Source: the human T2T-CHM13v2.0 reference genome, Homo sapiens
DNA length: 64,000 nt
Direction: 5' to 3' (one strand)
Assembly (NCBI RefSeq): GCF_009914755.1
Contig: NC_060929.1
A program made the position numbers and the translations under genes. Each line of letters opens with the position of its first letter. The stretch's first letter is position 1. This document shows positions 52,894-64,000 of this stretch, piece by piece. The notes beneath the pieces are model-generated. The model was not told the origin of the DNA and searched no databases. It saw only the letters and a list, made by a program, of their open reading frames with translations.

Positions 52894-55590
52894 GGTCAAT
52901 TTCTCCTTGATAAAAAAAAATACACACACACAATTATGTACCCTCGAGCATGCATTGTTTTTTGTATTCATTGTGCAGAAATCAGAACTACGCATGAAGC
53001 TCTAATACTGTGTTATGAAGCCAAGTACATGTGTGGCACTTTGAGTTGTGAGCTGTGAGCTACACTAGCTGTTCTCTCATGGAACATTTTTACCTAGTTT
53101 TTATTTGCGTAGTGTCAGAAAAAAAAATGTGATTGCTTAAAGTTGGGTATTGGATAGATATTTTTTTGACTGTGAAAAGAGACCCTGCCTCTTCAAAGAA
53201 ACTACTCGTTAGCATTTGTTGCCAGTGATGAAGTTCAATATTTCAAACAAATATAAAATTTTGGAAAGCTTGCATTTGTCTCATGGATTTGACAGTACTG
53301 TAACCCTTAAATAATTTCCTGATGAGATTATTGATATTAGCAATTGTGATTTTTAAAATAATGTGTGTCCATGTTGAAAGATACATACATCTTTGTGAAC
53401 AACTTTTTAAAAAATGATTGATGCATGGGTAAAAAAATGTTACAAATAATATATGGTTAACAAATGTTCTCACAGTGTAAGATTGAACAATGGATTTTAA
53501 TTAACAAAATATAAAAGTTTAATAAGGTAGCTTTAGGTTCCATTTGGCAATTAAACTTTATAAAACCTACCAATTGTTGAGTTCAGGTGTACTATTTTAA
53601 AAACTCACAACTATCTGAAAAAGGATTTTAAAATGCCTCCCTTTTCAACTACATGTATGAATAAAGTTAGATTTTTTTAAGGTGTGAGCTCTTTCATTGT
53701 TTACTACTAGCTAAGGAAAAGGTTATGGTATTTTAAATCTTATTTACCTAAATATAAAAATACAAATACATAACAGTATGTAGAATAAATTGCATATCTA
53801 TTCTACTCATACATAGTCATTAAAATGTATTTCTTTTTCAATCTAAATATTTATTTTGTAAAAGGAATTAATAACAATGTAAACGTGCCTCAAATGCAAT
53901 CAATTCAAATTATACTTTATAAGAACCTCATTATTATTTTAATACATATGGATAATTTTTCTGAGTTATTTACCTAGTTAGTGCTAACTACAGATATAAT
54001 AATGCTTCAGTTTAAATGCTACAACCAGACCATGAATACTCTATGAAACAGCGAATTTTGCCAGTGAAGATACTGATGTTCTTGACCAAGTTACTAGTTT
54101 GCATATTGAGTTCTCCAAAGAATCTTAATCAAAAAATGCTTTAAAATTATCCCAAGGCATAAAAATGTAAATATTAGCATAATTATTACACAATTACTTC
54201 AGCAAATCATTACAAGTTGTGAATGATAGCCCAAAGTCAGATATGAATTAAATATGAAAATATTTAATTTAATAGCGTGTACACATAAATATATAATATA
54301 TACATGTAATATCAAATTTTTCACCATCCTGTATCATACTAATTCTGAAGCACCATTTTAATCTTCAGAAGATCACGTAAAATGCAATTGGAAATATGGC
54401 TGTTGTAGATATCTACATACATAAAGACCCAGAAACCACCACAACAAAACCCCACAAAGCGGAAAAATCTTGTTAGGTATCTAAAGTTTTCTATATGATC
54501 CAGTTCATTATTAACAATCAACTATTTTTAAAAAGTCACACATAATAAAATAAGTCCAATATTTTACATTTCAAAATCTTGGTTTTGAAAAATATGTGGC
54601 TTTAGAGTGACATAAAATTAGTGCTTCTTTGACAGACTGGGTACATTTTTATGCCCAGCAGGAAAGTGAGCTAAGATATTCATCAAGCACAGTCTAAATT
54701 CTCCATTTTACTGGTTGACAAATCTATTGTGGTGACTAGTTTCCCAAGAATGATTTTCTGGCAATAAGAACAAAGATTTAAGGAAAAGAAAAATTATCTC
54801 AGGATACAAATTGATAATGATACGAGAGACGAGTGAGATAACCTGAAGATATCTAAATAAACTCAATTCAATCTCAGACGAATGTCACCATTATCTCAAT
54901 TTTGCCTGAGAAAACACACATCAGTTATTCATATTAGATTATAGTTAATGAGCAACTTTCAAACTACATTTATTTTATATTTCCTCCCTAATATTTATGT
55001 CCTTTTCTTTAACTACACTTTCTGTTAGAGTTGATACTTCTCTGAAAAGACAAACTTTTTTTTCCTGGTTATTATAAAGAAAAATAGTGTTTCATTAATA
55101 CAAAAATATTCCTAAAAGTCAAGAGAAAAAGTCCAAAAAAAATTTAATAAACTCCTTTTTCCTCTATGAATGCCAAGAGTGTTTTGTTATTTGTGAAAAA
55201 ATATGTAGCAAAACTCCTTTGGAATAAATGTACAGTTTTGTAATTATCTGGATGTATACTATTTCTGCTTGACAAAAGAAACATTCAAAATAAAAGTTCC
55301 AGTTTATTTCCGAATGCCCAGGAATATAAGGCTCAGGGGCAATGTAAAAGATTATCATAAGCTAAGAACATGGACTTAGACCAAGACTGAAGGAGTATCA
55401 AAATAAAAAAAAAATTACATTTATTTTCAAATAAGTGGAAAACTGGGTGTACCATTCTGATATACTTATGCATAAAAATTAAAATAAAAAATATAAATAT
55501 TTTATGCCTGTACCATGCTAGATTTTTACATTGCTAGAGCAATGAGCACTCTTTCTTGAACACCACTGTTATTGGTGATAAAAGACAAGA

Positions 55591-56091
55591 TGTGAAGATT
55601 AATTTTATGTGCCAACTTGACTGGACTATGAGATGCTCTGAAAACTGGGAAAGCATTATTTCTGGGTGTGTCAGTGGATGTGTTTCTGAAAAAGATTAGC
55701 TTTTGAATTGGTAGCTAGTAAAGATGACTGACCTCACAAATGTGGGTGGACATCACCAAATCTATTGAAGATCTAAATAAACCAAAAAAGGGAAGCAGGG
55801 CAAATGCACCCTCTGCTTGAGCTGGGACATCCATCTTCTCCTCCTCTTGGATAGAGGCACTCTCGGTTTTAGGGACTTTGACATGGGCTGTGACTTACAC
55901 CATTATCTCCCCTGGTTCTCAGGCTTCTGGGTTTATACCGGAACAATACCATCTTTCCTCAGTCTCCAACTTGCCAATGTTAGATTGTAGGAATTCTCAG
56001 CCTCCATAATTGAGTGAGTCAATCCCTTGTAATAAATCTCTATCTACCTAGCTTATTGGTTCTATTTCTTTGAAGAACCCTGACTAATACA
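55591..56091 (+). mobile_element. MLT2 (ERVL) solo LTR
   Basis: tgtgaagattaattttatgtgccaacttgactgg ... gaaccctgactaataca; 5-bp TSD caaga/ctaga. Confidence 0.9.
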
Positions 56092-56234
56092 CTAGAGAAT
56101 GCTTTATGCAGGAAAATAACCTGAAAGCTTTGCAGTCTAAACATTTCCTTTTGGCAGCAATTTGAATTTGAGGAGATAAGATATAAATATAGAAATTAGA
56201 GTTACACTATTTCCATAGCACAAGAAAAAAAGTA

Positions 56235-56555
<321 letters not shown>

Positions 56556-56699
56556 TTGCTAATTTAAATCTAAATATTGAAAAGGAAGAGGGGAAGATAT
56601 ATGAGCCATAAGTAATGGTAAAATACACAAGATTAACTCTGGAAGGTGTGCACTTATGTTTCAGAGAGTGTCTTATACAATTTAGTAAAGGGTAACTTC

Positions 56700-56925
56700 A
56701 TGACTAAAAAAATTGCAGAACAAAATGTGGAACATGTTTAGGAGTTGGAAGGAATGCATAATATGTTCATTTTGGGGCAATCTGAATTTCAGGTTTTGGA
56801 CATCTGGATAGACAAAGCCAGTCTACTGAATGTATAAATGTGCAATTCAATGTTTGAAGATCAGATATAGATTTGGATATTTTGGTCATACAGACAATAA
56901 ATAAGGCAGTATTCATGGTTCAGAT
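56700..56925 (-). mobile_element. L2 relic
   Basis: 'ggttttggacatctggatagac...agatcagatatagatttggatattttggtcatacaga'. Confidence 0.5.
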
Positions 56926-57619
56926 AGTTTAAAGAAAATGTGCAGAATTTATATATAGTGTGAAATAGGGGTTCAGTTTCATAACCAATTTTCCCAGTAC
57001 CATTTCCTAAAAACGAGGTCCGTTTCCCAAAGTATGTTCTTATCATCTTTGTCAAAGGTCACTTAACTGGAAATATGTGGCTCCATTTCTGGATTCTCTG
57101 TTTTGTTCCATTTTTCTATGTGTTTATTTTTATATCAGTATCATTATGTTTGGGTTACTAGAGCCTTGTAATATAATCTGAAGTCAGGCAATGTGATGCC
57201 TCCAGCTTTGTTCTTTTTCCTCAGAACTGTCTTGGCTATTTGGGCTAATTTTTTTATTCCATATAAATTCTAGGACTTTTTTTTCTAATTCTGTGAAAAA
57301 TGATCTTGGCATTTTGATAGGGATTGTATTGAATCTATAGATTGCTTCCAATTCATGAGTATAAAATATTTTTCCATTTGTTTGTGTCATTTTCAATTTC
57401 TCTCACAGGTATTTTGTAGTTTTCCTTGCAGAGGTCTTTTACTGCCTTGGTTAAATTTATTCCTAGGCATTTTGTTTTGTTTTGTAGCTATCGTAAAAGG
57501 GATCACCTTCTTGATTTCCCTCTCATATATCATCATTGGTGTTTAGAAACACTACTGAATTTTGTAATTTGATTTTGTACCCTGAAACATAACTGAATTT
57601 ATTTATCAAATCTGTCAAT

Positions 57620-58115
57620 TTTATATAATTTCAACTATTATTTTAGATTCACGAGGTACATGTGCAGGTTAGTTGCATGAGTATTTTGTGTGACAGTGAA
57701 GTTTGAATATGATTGGTCGCATCACCCAGGTAGTGAACAGAGTAGCCAATAGGTAGTTTCTCGGCTTTTCCTCCTTCCCTCTTCCCACTCTCTAGTAGTC
57801 CCCAGTGTTTATCTTTCCCATCTTGATATCAAGTGTACCCAATGTTTAGTTCCCACTTATAAATGACAACATACTGCATTTATTTTTTGTTCCTGCATTA
57901 ATTTGCTTAGGATAATTGCCTCCAGTTGCACACATATGGCTGCAAATGACATGATTTCACTTTTTTATGCCTGCATAGTATTCCATTGTGTATACGTACC
58001 ATATTTTCTTTATCCAATCCATTACTGATGGACACCTAGGTTGCTTCCATGTCTTTGCTATTGTGAATAGTGCTGCAATGAACATATGCGTGATTGTGTC
58101 TTTTTGGGTATTCCT
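57620..58115 (-). mobile_element. L1PA16-like 3' end nested in the inverted arm
   Basis: Antisense 3'UTR 'ggtacatgtgcagg...atcacccaggtagtga' and ORF2 C-terminus (MFIAALFTIAKTWKQPRCP). Confidence 0.85.
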
Positions 58116-58283
58116 TTGGGTATTGGTTGAATCTTTAGGTTTTTCTAGATATAAGATCAAATCCTCAGCAAACAGGGATAATTTATGCTTATTTTCCAAT
58201 TTAAATGTCATTTATTTCTTTCTCTTGCCTGATTGTTCTATGTAGGACTTCCTGCAACTCAATACAGATGAAAGACTTAAACA

Positions 58284-58567
58284 GATTGGGCACAGTGGCT
58301 CACACCTATAATCCTGGCACTGGTATGTCAAGATAGGAGGACCGCTTGAGCCCAGGAATTTGAGACCAGCCTAGGAAACACAGAAAGACCCCATCTCTAT
58401 AGCACATTTTAAAAATTAGCTGGGCATGGTTATCTTCCCAACTACTTGGGAGGTTGAGGTGGGAGGATCATGAGTCCAGAAGGATGAGGCTTCAGTGAGC
58501 CATAATTATGTACTGGATACAAGCCTGAGGGACAGAGCAAGACAGACCCTATCTCAACAACAACGAA
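58284..58567 (+). mobile_element. AluJ
   Basis: 'gcttgagcccaggaatttgagaccagcc' and 'gaggtgggaggatca'; TSD aaagacttaa(a/g)ca. Confidence 0.88.
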
Positions 58568-60204
58568 AAAGACTTAAGCATAAGAACTGAAACTTTAGAA
58601 GTACTGGAAGAAAACCTAGGGAAAACTCTTCTGGACATTGGCCTAGGTGACAAATTTATGACTAAGACTGCATAAGCAGCAACAACACGAAGTAGACAAG
58701 TGGGACTTAGTTAAACTAAAATGCTTCTGCGCAACAAAATAAACAACTAACAGAGTGAAGAGACAACCTGTTGAATGGGAGAAAATATTTGCAAACTATT
58801 TCTTCAACAGGGGATTAATATCCACAATATAGAAGTAACACAAATGACTGAACACCAACAACAGCAAAACCAAATAATCCCATTAAAAATGGGCAAAGGA
58901 TAAGAATAGATATTTTTTAAAAGAAGATACACAAATGGCCAACACATAAATGTGAAAATGCTCAACGTCACTAATCATCCAAGAAATGCAAGTCAAAACC
59001 ACAATGAGATAACATCTTACCCCAATCAGAAGGGCTGTTATTAAAAAGGCAAAAACCAGATAGTGGTGAAAATGTGGAGAAAAGGGAACTCTTATACACT
59101 GTTGATGGGAGTGTAAATTAGTGCAGTCTCTATGAAAACAGTATTGATATTTATCAAAGAACTAAAAATAGAACTGCAATTCGATCTAGCACTCCCACCA
59201 CTTTTCCCAAAGGAAAAGATGTCAATATATCAAAAACATACCTCACTCCTGTGTTTATCACAGCACTATTCACAATAGAATATATATGGAATAAATAAAA
59301 ATATCCATCAGTGTTTAAATAGATAAAGAAAATACGCTATATATACACAATGGGATACTATTCAGCAATGGAAAAAATAAAATCATGTCTTTCACAGCAA
59401 CATGGATGCAGCTGGAGGCCATTATCCTAAGTGAAACAAGCCAGGAACAGAAAGACAAATATTACATAATCTCACTCATAAGTGAGTGTAAACAGTGTAT
59501 TCATATGTATGTAGAAAACGAAATTATAGATATTGTAGACTTAGAAGGGTGAAGGGGTAAAAGTGGGGAGATTGAAGACAAATTAGTTAATGGGTACAAT
59601 GCACATTATCCAGGTGACAGATACTCTAGAAGCCCTGATTTGACCACTAGGGAATCTATGAATGTAACAAAATTGCACATATACCCCCATATATGTATAC
59701 AAATGGAAAGGAGATAAAGAAAATGTACAGAATTCAAAAATAAAGATAGCTCAATAATACCAGGATAAGTCAACATGCAATAGGAATTACATGTCACCTA
59801 TGAAGCAAGCCTGCCAAAAAAACATGAACCTGAACTGGATCATGAGGAACCACTCTCACATATCCCAGTTGTGAATCATTAGACAAGATGATGACCTGAA
59901 TGCTTCAAAAATAAAATCAATGTAAAACAATACATAAACAAGGAAAAGTAAAAATAAATAAAATGATGCAGGAGATTTCTTTGTTTAAAAAAAAAAGAAT
60001 AAAGACATAAATCACCTAGTTGCAATGTGAATCTTGATAGGATATTGAGTAATAGAAACAGCTAGCTATAAAACTTTTTGAAGGCAAATGTGGAAATTAG
60101 AATATAAACAATATTTTATGATATAGAATTGTTAAACTTCCTGAAAGGAATATTGATATTGTTGTTATGTAAGATGTTAAGGAATGAATGGTGTTCCCCG
60201 TATG

Positions 60205-61010
60205 ACAAAAGCTCAATGTCACCGATCATTAAAGTAATGCAAATCAAAACCATAATGATACATAATTTCACACCAGTCAGAATGGCTATTATTAAAAAGT
60301 CAAAAAATAACAGATTCTGGCGAGGTTGTGGAGAAAAAAGGAATGCTTATCCACTGTTGGTGGGAGTGTAAATTAGTTCAACCATTGTGGAAGAGAGTGT
60401 GGAGATTCCTCAAAGACCTAAAAACAAAAATACCATTGGACTCAGCAATCCCATTACTGGGTATATACCAAAAGGAATATAAATGATGCTATTATAAAGA
60501 CACATACACATGTATGTTCATTACAGCCCTATTCACAATAGCTAAGACATGGAATCAACCTAAATGCCCATCAGTGGTAGACTGGATAAAGAACAGGTGC
60601 TATATATAGGACATGGAATACTACACAACCATAAAAAATGAGATCATGTCCTTTGCAGGAACATGAATGGAGTTGGAGGCCATTATCCTTAGCAACCTCT
60701 AATGCAGGGATACAAAACCAAATACCATATGTTCTCACTTATAAGTAGGAGCTAAATGACGAAAACATGGGCCACATAGAGGGGAACAACACACACTGGG
60801 GCATATCTGAGGGCATAGGGTGGGACGGGGGAGAGGATCAAGAGAGATAACTAAATGGGTACTAGACTTAATACCTGAGTGATGATATAATTTGTGCAGC
60901 AAACTTCCATGACACAGTTTGCCTATATGACAAGCCTGCACATGTACCCCTGAACTTAAAATAAAAGTTAAGTAGTAAATAAATAAATAAATAAAATAGA
61001 AAATAAAAAG
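60205..61010 (+). mobile_element. L1PA13-15-like 3' end
   Basis: ORF2 C-terminus (PVRMAIIKKSKNNRFWRGCGE), 3'UTR, 'cccctgaacttaaaataaaagtt' and (TAAA)n tail. Confidence 0.9.
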
Positions 61011-61139
61011 GAGGAAACTTATTTTTTCACTGGATTTGGAGACAAGATCTTCAAGGAGATAACTATGGATAAGTTAGATCAGAAGATTGAGACCCTAATC
61101 CACTAGAACTGTTGTCCTCACGAGAGGCTGGTCAATGAT

Positions 61140-61418
61140 TACGAAGTAGAGCTCAATGAGAGGAATAAGTTTTTGTGTTCTATTGCTCTACAGGGTGACT
61201 ATAGTCAACCATAATATATTGTCTATCCAGAAATATCTAGAAGAGAGCATTTTTAATGTCTTTACTACAAAGAAATGACAAGTGTTTGAGGTGATGGATA
61301 TGCCAATTATCCTGATTTGATTATTACACAATCTATATATGTATCGAAACATCACAATTTACCCCAGAAATAGGTACAATGATTACGTGTTAATTAAAAA
61401 CAAAATTAATTTAAAAAA
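61140..61418 (+). mobile_element. L1MA-type 3' end
   Basis: 'gaggaataagtt...cagggtgactatagtcaac...tgaggtgatggatatgccaattatcctgatttga'. Confidence 0.82.
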
Positions 61419-61744
61419 GGAAGAAGATACAACAATGATATACACACACACCACACACGTCACACACACTCAAACACACAGAAAGAGCCTTGTGAGGACA
61501 TAGCCAGAAGATGCCTATCTATGAGACAAGGAAACAGACCTCAGGGAAAACCAAACCTGCTTACATCTTGAGTTGGATTTCCAGCCATGACAACTGTGAG
61601 AAATAAATTTCTGTTGTGTAAGCACACAGTCTGTAGTATTTTGTTATGGCGGTAGAATACTAGTGTATGGGAGAATGTTTCTTATTTAAGAGTTATGCTG
61701 AAATATTTAGAGAGGAAGTTTTATAACATCTGCCACTTGCTGTA

Positions 61745-61747
61745 GAG

Positions 61748-61792
<45 letters not shown>
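61745..61792. repeat. (GA)n microsatellite
   Basis: Direct reading, ~20 units. Confidence 0.95.
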
Positions 61793-61794
<2 letters not shown>

Positions 61795-63688
61795 TGAATT
61801 TAAGTTTGTAGGTATTAGCTGCACTATTTTTTCAACATTTTGGACATTTTTATGAATAAAGAATTAAGGAAAACTAAAGGGAGGTGAACATTTCCAGTCT
61901 ATTTTTTAAGTGAATTGGATCAAAAATAGGATTTGGAGAGGCAGTGATAATTAAACAAAATAAAGAGGAAAGCAAGTAGCAAAACAGACTGAAGATAGCC
62001 TAAGAGGAAGAAGTGGACTTAAAGTAGAGATCTGTAAACCAAATCTGAATAGAAAGAGTCACAGAGAGACACATTAATTTAAGGACTGAAGAGTGATGGT
62101 TAGTAATTGTAATGAGAGCAGTATCTGAGATGGATTGGGTCAAAGGTTCAATGATGTGGGCTTAAGAGAGAAGGCAGAATAAGAAAGTAAAAAGTAAGCA
62201 TGATTAACTTTTTTTGTTTGTTTGTTTTGTTTCAAAGACTGATTGGGAGGGAAGGCTTTGACACAGTATGTTGAGGGAGTAGATAAAGTTTTGTTTTCTT
62301 AGATTAGAAAAAAAGCATTTTGTATGCTTCAAGAAAATAATTAATGTAGAACAATGGATGGAAATACAGAAGAAAGTAGAGCAAGTTCCTGTTTTTTTTG
62401 GAGTGAGACTAAACAGAACATTACAATAATAATAAACAGCCCATACTATTATTTCCTTCATTCAGAAGATAAAACTGAAGCTAAATGTAAAATATTTATA
62501 TTGACATAACATACTAACAAATAGCACTAGCTCTGTTTGATTCCAAAGTCCATTCATTTTTTTCCCTCTATGTCATTCTACAAATGTATATTCTGTACCT
62601 CAGTTAAAACCAGTAACCTCTACATAATAATAAGTAAAATAATTTTGAGGATGCAACCACTGCAAGGATTTCTAGGAAATCATGAATGACCACTATTATT
62701 CTCCATCAAAGGGTAAACACTTTTCTCCATACTCCCTAATGTGAAAGTTTTCAATGTAATAGCTAAATGCTAATGAAAATGCAGTAATGTTAATGCACAC
62801 GGGCAAACACTAAGAATAAACTAGTGAATAGATTTAACTGTTTGTAAGCAAACAATTTACTATATGCTGATAATCATTTAGGATTGTGCAAAAGTACATT
62901 TATTTAGGAAATTTCCATCTCTATTCATATATTTGCAACTGTCCTTTGCTCATTTGAGTCTTGTAATTTTAAGGTACTAAGATGCAAAACATTTTTTGTT
63001 TTGTAAAAACAAAATAAAGCTCAATGCATTATTTAGGAAATATTCAACAAACAGAAATATCGGGACCTAGCATAGACAATATGGTGCCTATAAATATTAT
63101 TAAAACATTATCTTTCTCATTCTGGGCCTTGTGTTCTTGTGGGTTTGTTATAATTATATTATGAAGTTGTTTTGATGTTCAAAGAGCTCGAGAGATTAAG
63201 GTCGACTGGAGTAAAAATACATATACTTATGAGGGCAAGGCAGATAATATGGAAAAATTAATTTGACTCAAGAAGCAATATGAAATGGTTCAGAAAAATA
63301 TTAAAATGATCAATCATATTACTTACTGAATATGCCTTAGTATTACTGCTGTCAATTGATTGATGCAGTATGATAACTAAGAACTTCTGTTGCCCAGTGC
63401 TTGATATTTCAGGTTTAGTGTGGCATCTAGGTTTTTATGTAAAATTTCTGAATTATTAAATCTTGACAAAAAATTCAAACTAAAAAAAATACATATTTTA
63501 TATTTGCTAGAAATACATTGCTACTATTTCTTGGCTTATCCATGTGTGTTATCAGTTGTCTATCATTAAAGCTATCAGTAAATAGATGACTACTATGACA
63601 CTCACCCAAACATGGATATAGCAATAACATCAAACCTATACCAGGATGTTACATTAAAATAGACCAAGTTAAGATTCTGAGAAATCAG

Positions 63689-64000
63689 TCATTACAGGTT
63701 AAAGTGTATCCTTTAAAAAGATATGTTGAAGTCTTAACCCCCAGTACTTACAGGTAAATACGATTTTTGGAGATGTAAATAAGTTAAGATGATTTCTTTA
63801 GAGTAGGCTCTAGTCCATCATGAGTGGTGTCGGAAGAGAAGAGGGATACAGGTGGAGAAACGGAGACAAAACATTATGCAACAATGAAAGAAGAAAGTTT
63901 CAGAAATGTCTCTAACAAGCCAAGGAATGGCAAGGATTGCTAGCAAAGTAGGCAATATCAGAAGCAAAGAGAAAGGTACATATTAGAATGTTCCCTATTG
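63689..64000 (+). mobile_element. MLT1C-like LTR, runs off the window end
   Basis: 'aaagatatgttgaagtcttaacccccagtac...aagttaagatga...caagccaaggaatggcaaggattgc'. Confidence 0.75.

Larger units (their letters stand above)
52350..53680 (+). mobile_element. Charlie1-family hAT DNA transposon remnant
   Basis: Terminus 'tagtggtatttgaaatgtgg...ggggatccctgagag...aaactatttttgtaataat' and internal 'tttgttgccagtgatgaagttc', 'cttttcaactaca'. Confidence 0.78.
56950..59714 (+). mobile_element. L1PB4-like element with 5' inversion (antisense 56950-58254, sense 58255-59714)
   Basis: Antisense ORF2 then sense ORF2 and 3'UTR; 20-bp TSD taaagaaaatgt(g/a)cagaatt at 56930-56949 / 59715-59734. Confidence 0.9.
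60176..61668 (+). mobile_element. MLT1B-like LTR in three pieces (~60176-60200, ~61030-61127, ~61420-61668)
   Basis: Start 'tgttaaggaatgaatggtgttcccc', middle 'atttggagacaag...ccctaatccactagaactg', end 'ccaaacctgct...ctgtgagaaataaatttctgttg'. Confidence 0.7.
59760..61875 (+). mobile_element. Ancient L1MC/ME 3'UTR split by later insertions (pieces ~59760-60175 and ~61670-61875)
   Basis: 'gtcacctatgaag...ctgccaaaaaacatgaacctgaa' and 'gagaatgtttcttatttaagagttatgctgaaatatttag'. Confidence 0.6.

Noticed and set aside
52637-53005. 122-aa Glu/Gly/Arg-rich ORF and its antisense ORFs
   Set aside because: Artefacts of the stop-free polypurine tract.

Overview
This is not prokaryotic DNA. It is AT-rich, CpG-depleted primate (human-like) genomic sequence made mostly of interspersed repeats: L1 (L1PA, L1PB, L1MA and older L1M), AluJ/S/Y, MaLR/ERVL LTRs (THE1, MLT1, MLT2), DNA transposons (Tigger1, Tigger2a, Charlie1), L2/MIR relics and microsatellites. 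No intact protein-coding gene, RNA gene or CRISPR array can be supported. The ORFs in the track are decayed L1/Alu/LTR fragments or chance frames. I found no evidence of a new multi-gene system. The most notable signals are atypical retrotransposition products. (1) A THE1B RNA apparently retrocopied by L1: 5'-truncated, ending at the LTR poly(A) site, with a ~21-bp TSD. (2) An ancient L1MC/MD-type fragment with its own tail and TSD inside a much younger L1, resembling an orphan transduction. (3) A tail-less internal L1PA 5'UTR-ORF1 fragment with filler DNA inside Tigger1. (4) An ORF1-only L1 with both termini and a TSD. (5) A 32-bp-stem template-switch hairpin. (6) A 206-bp tandem duplication dated by an AluY. 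L1 and LTR elements lie mostly on the + strand, which suggests an intron of a minus-strand transcript. Repeat subfamily calls come from recalled consensus sequences, so they and boundaries lacking a TSD are approximate and need RepeatMasker/Dfam confirmation.
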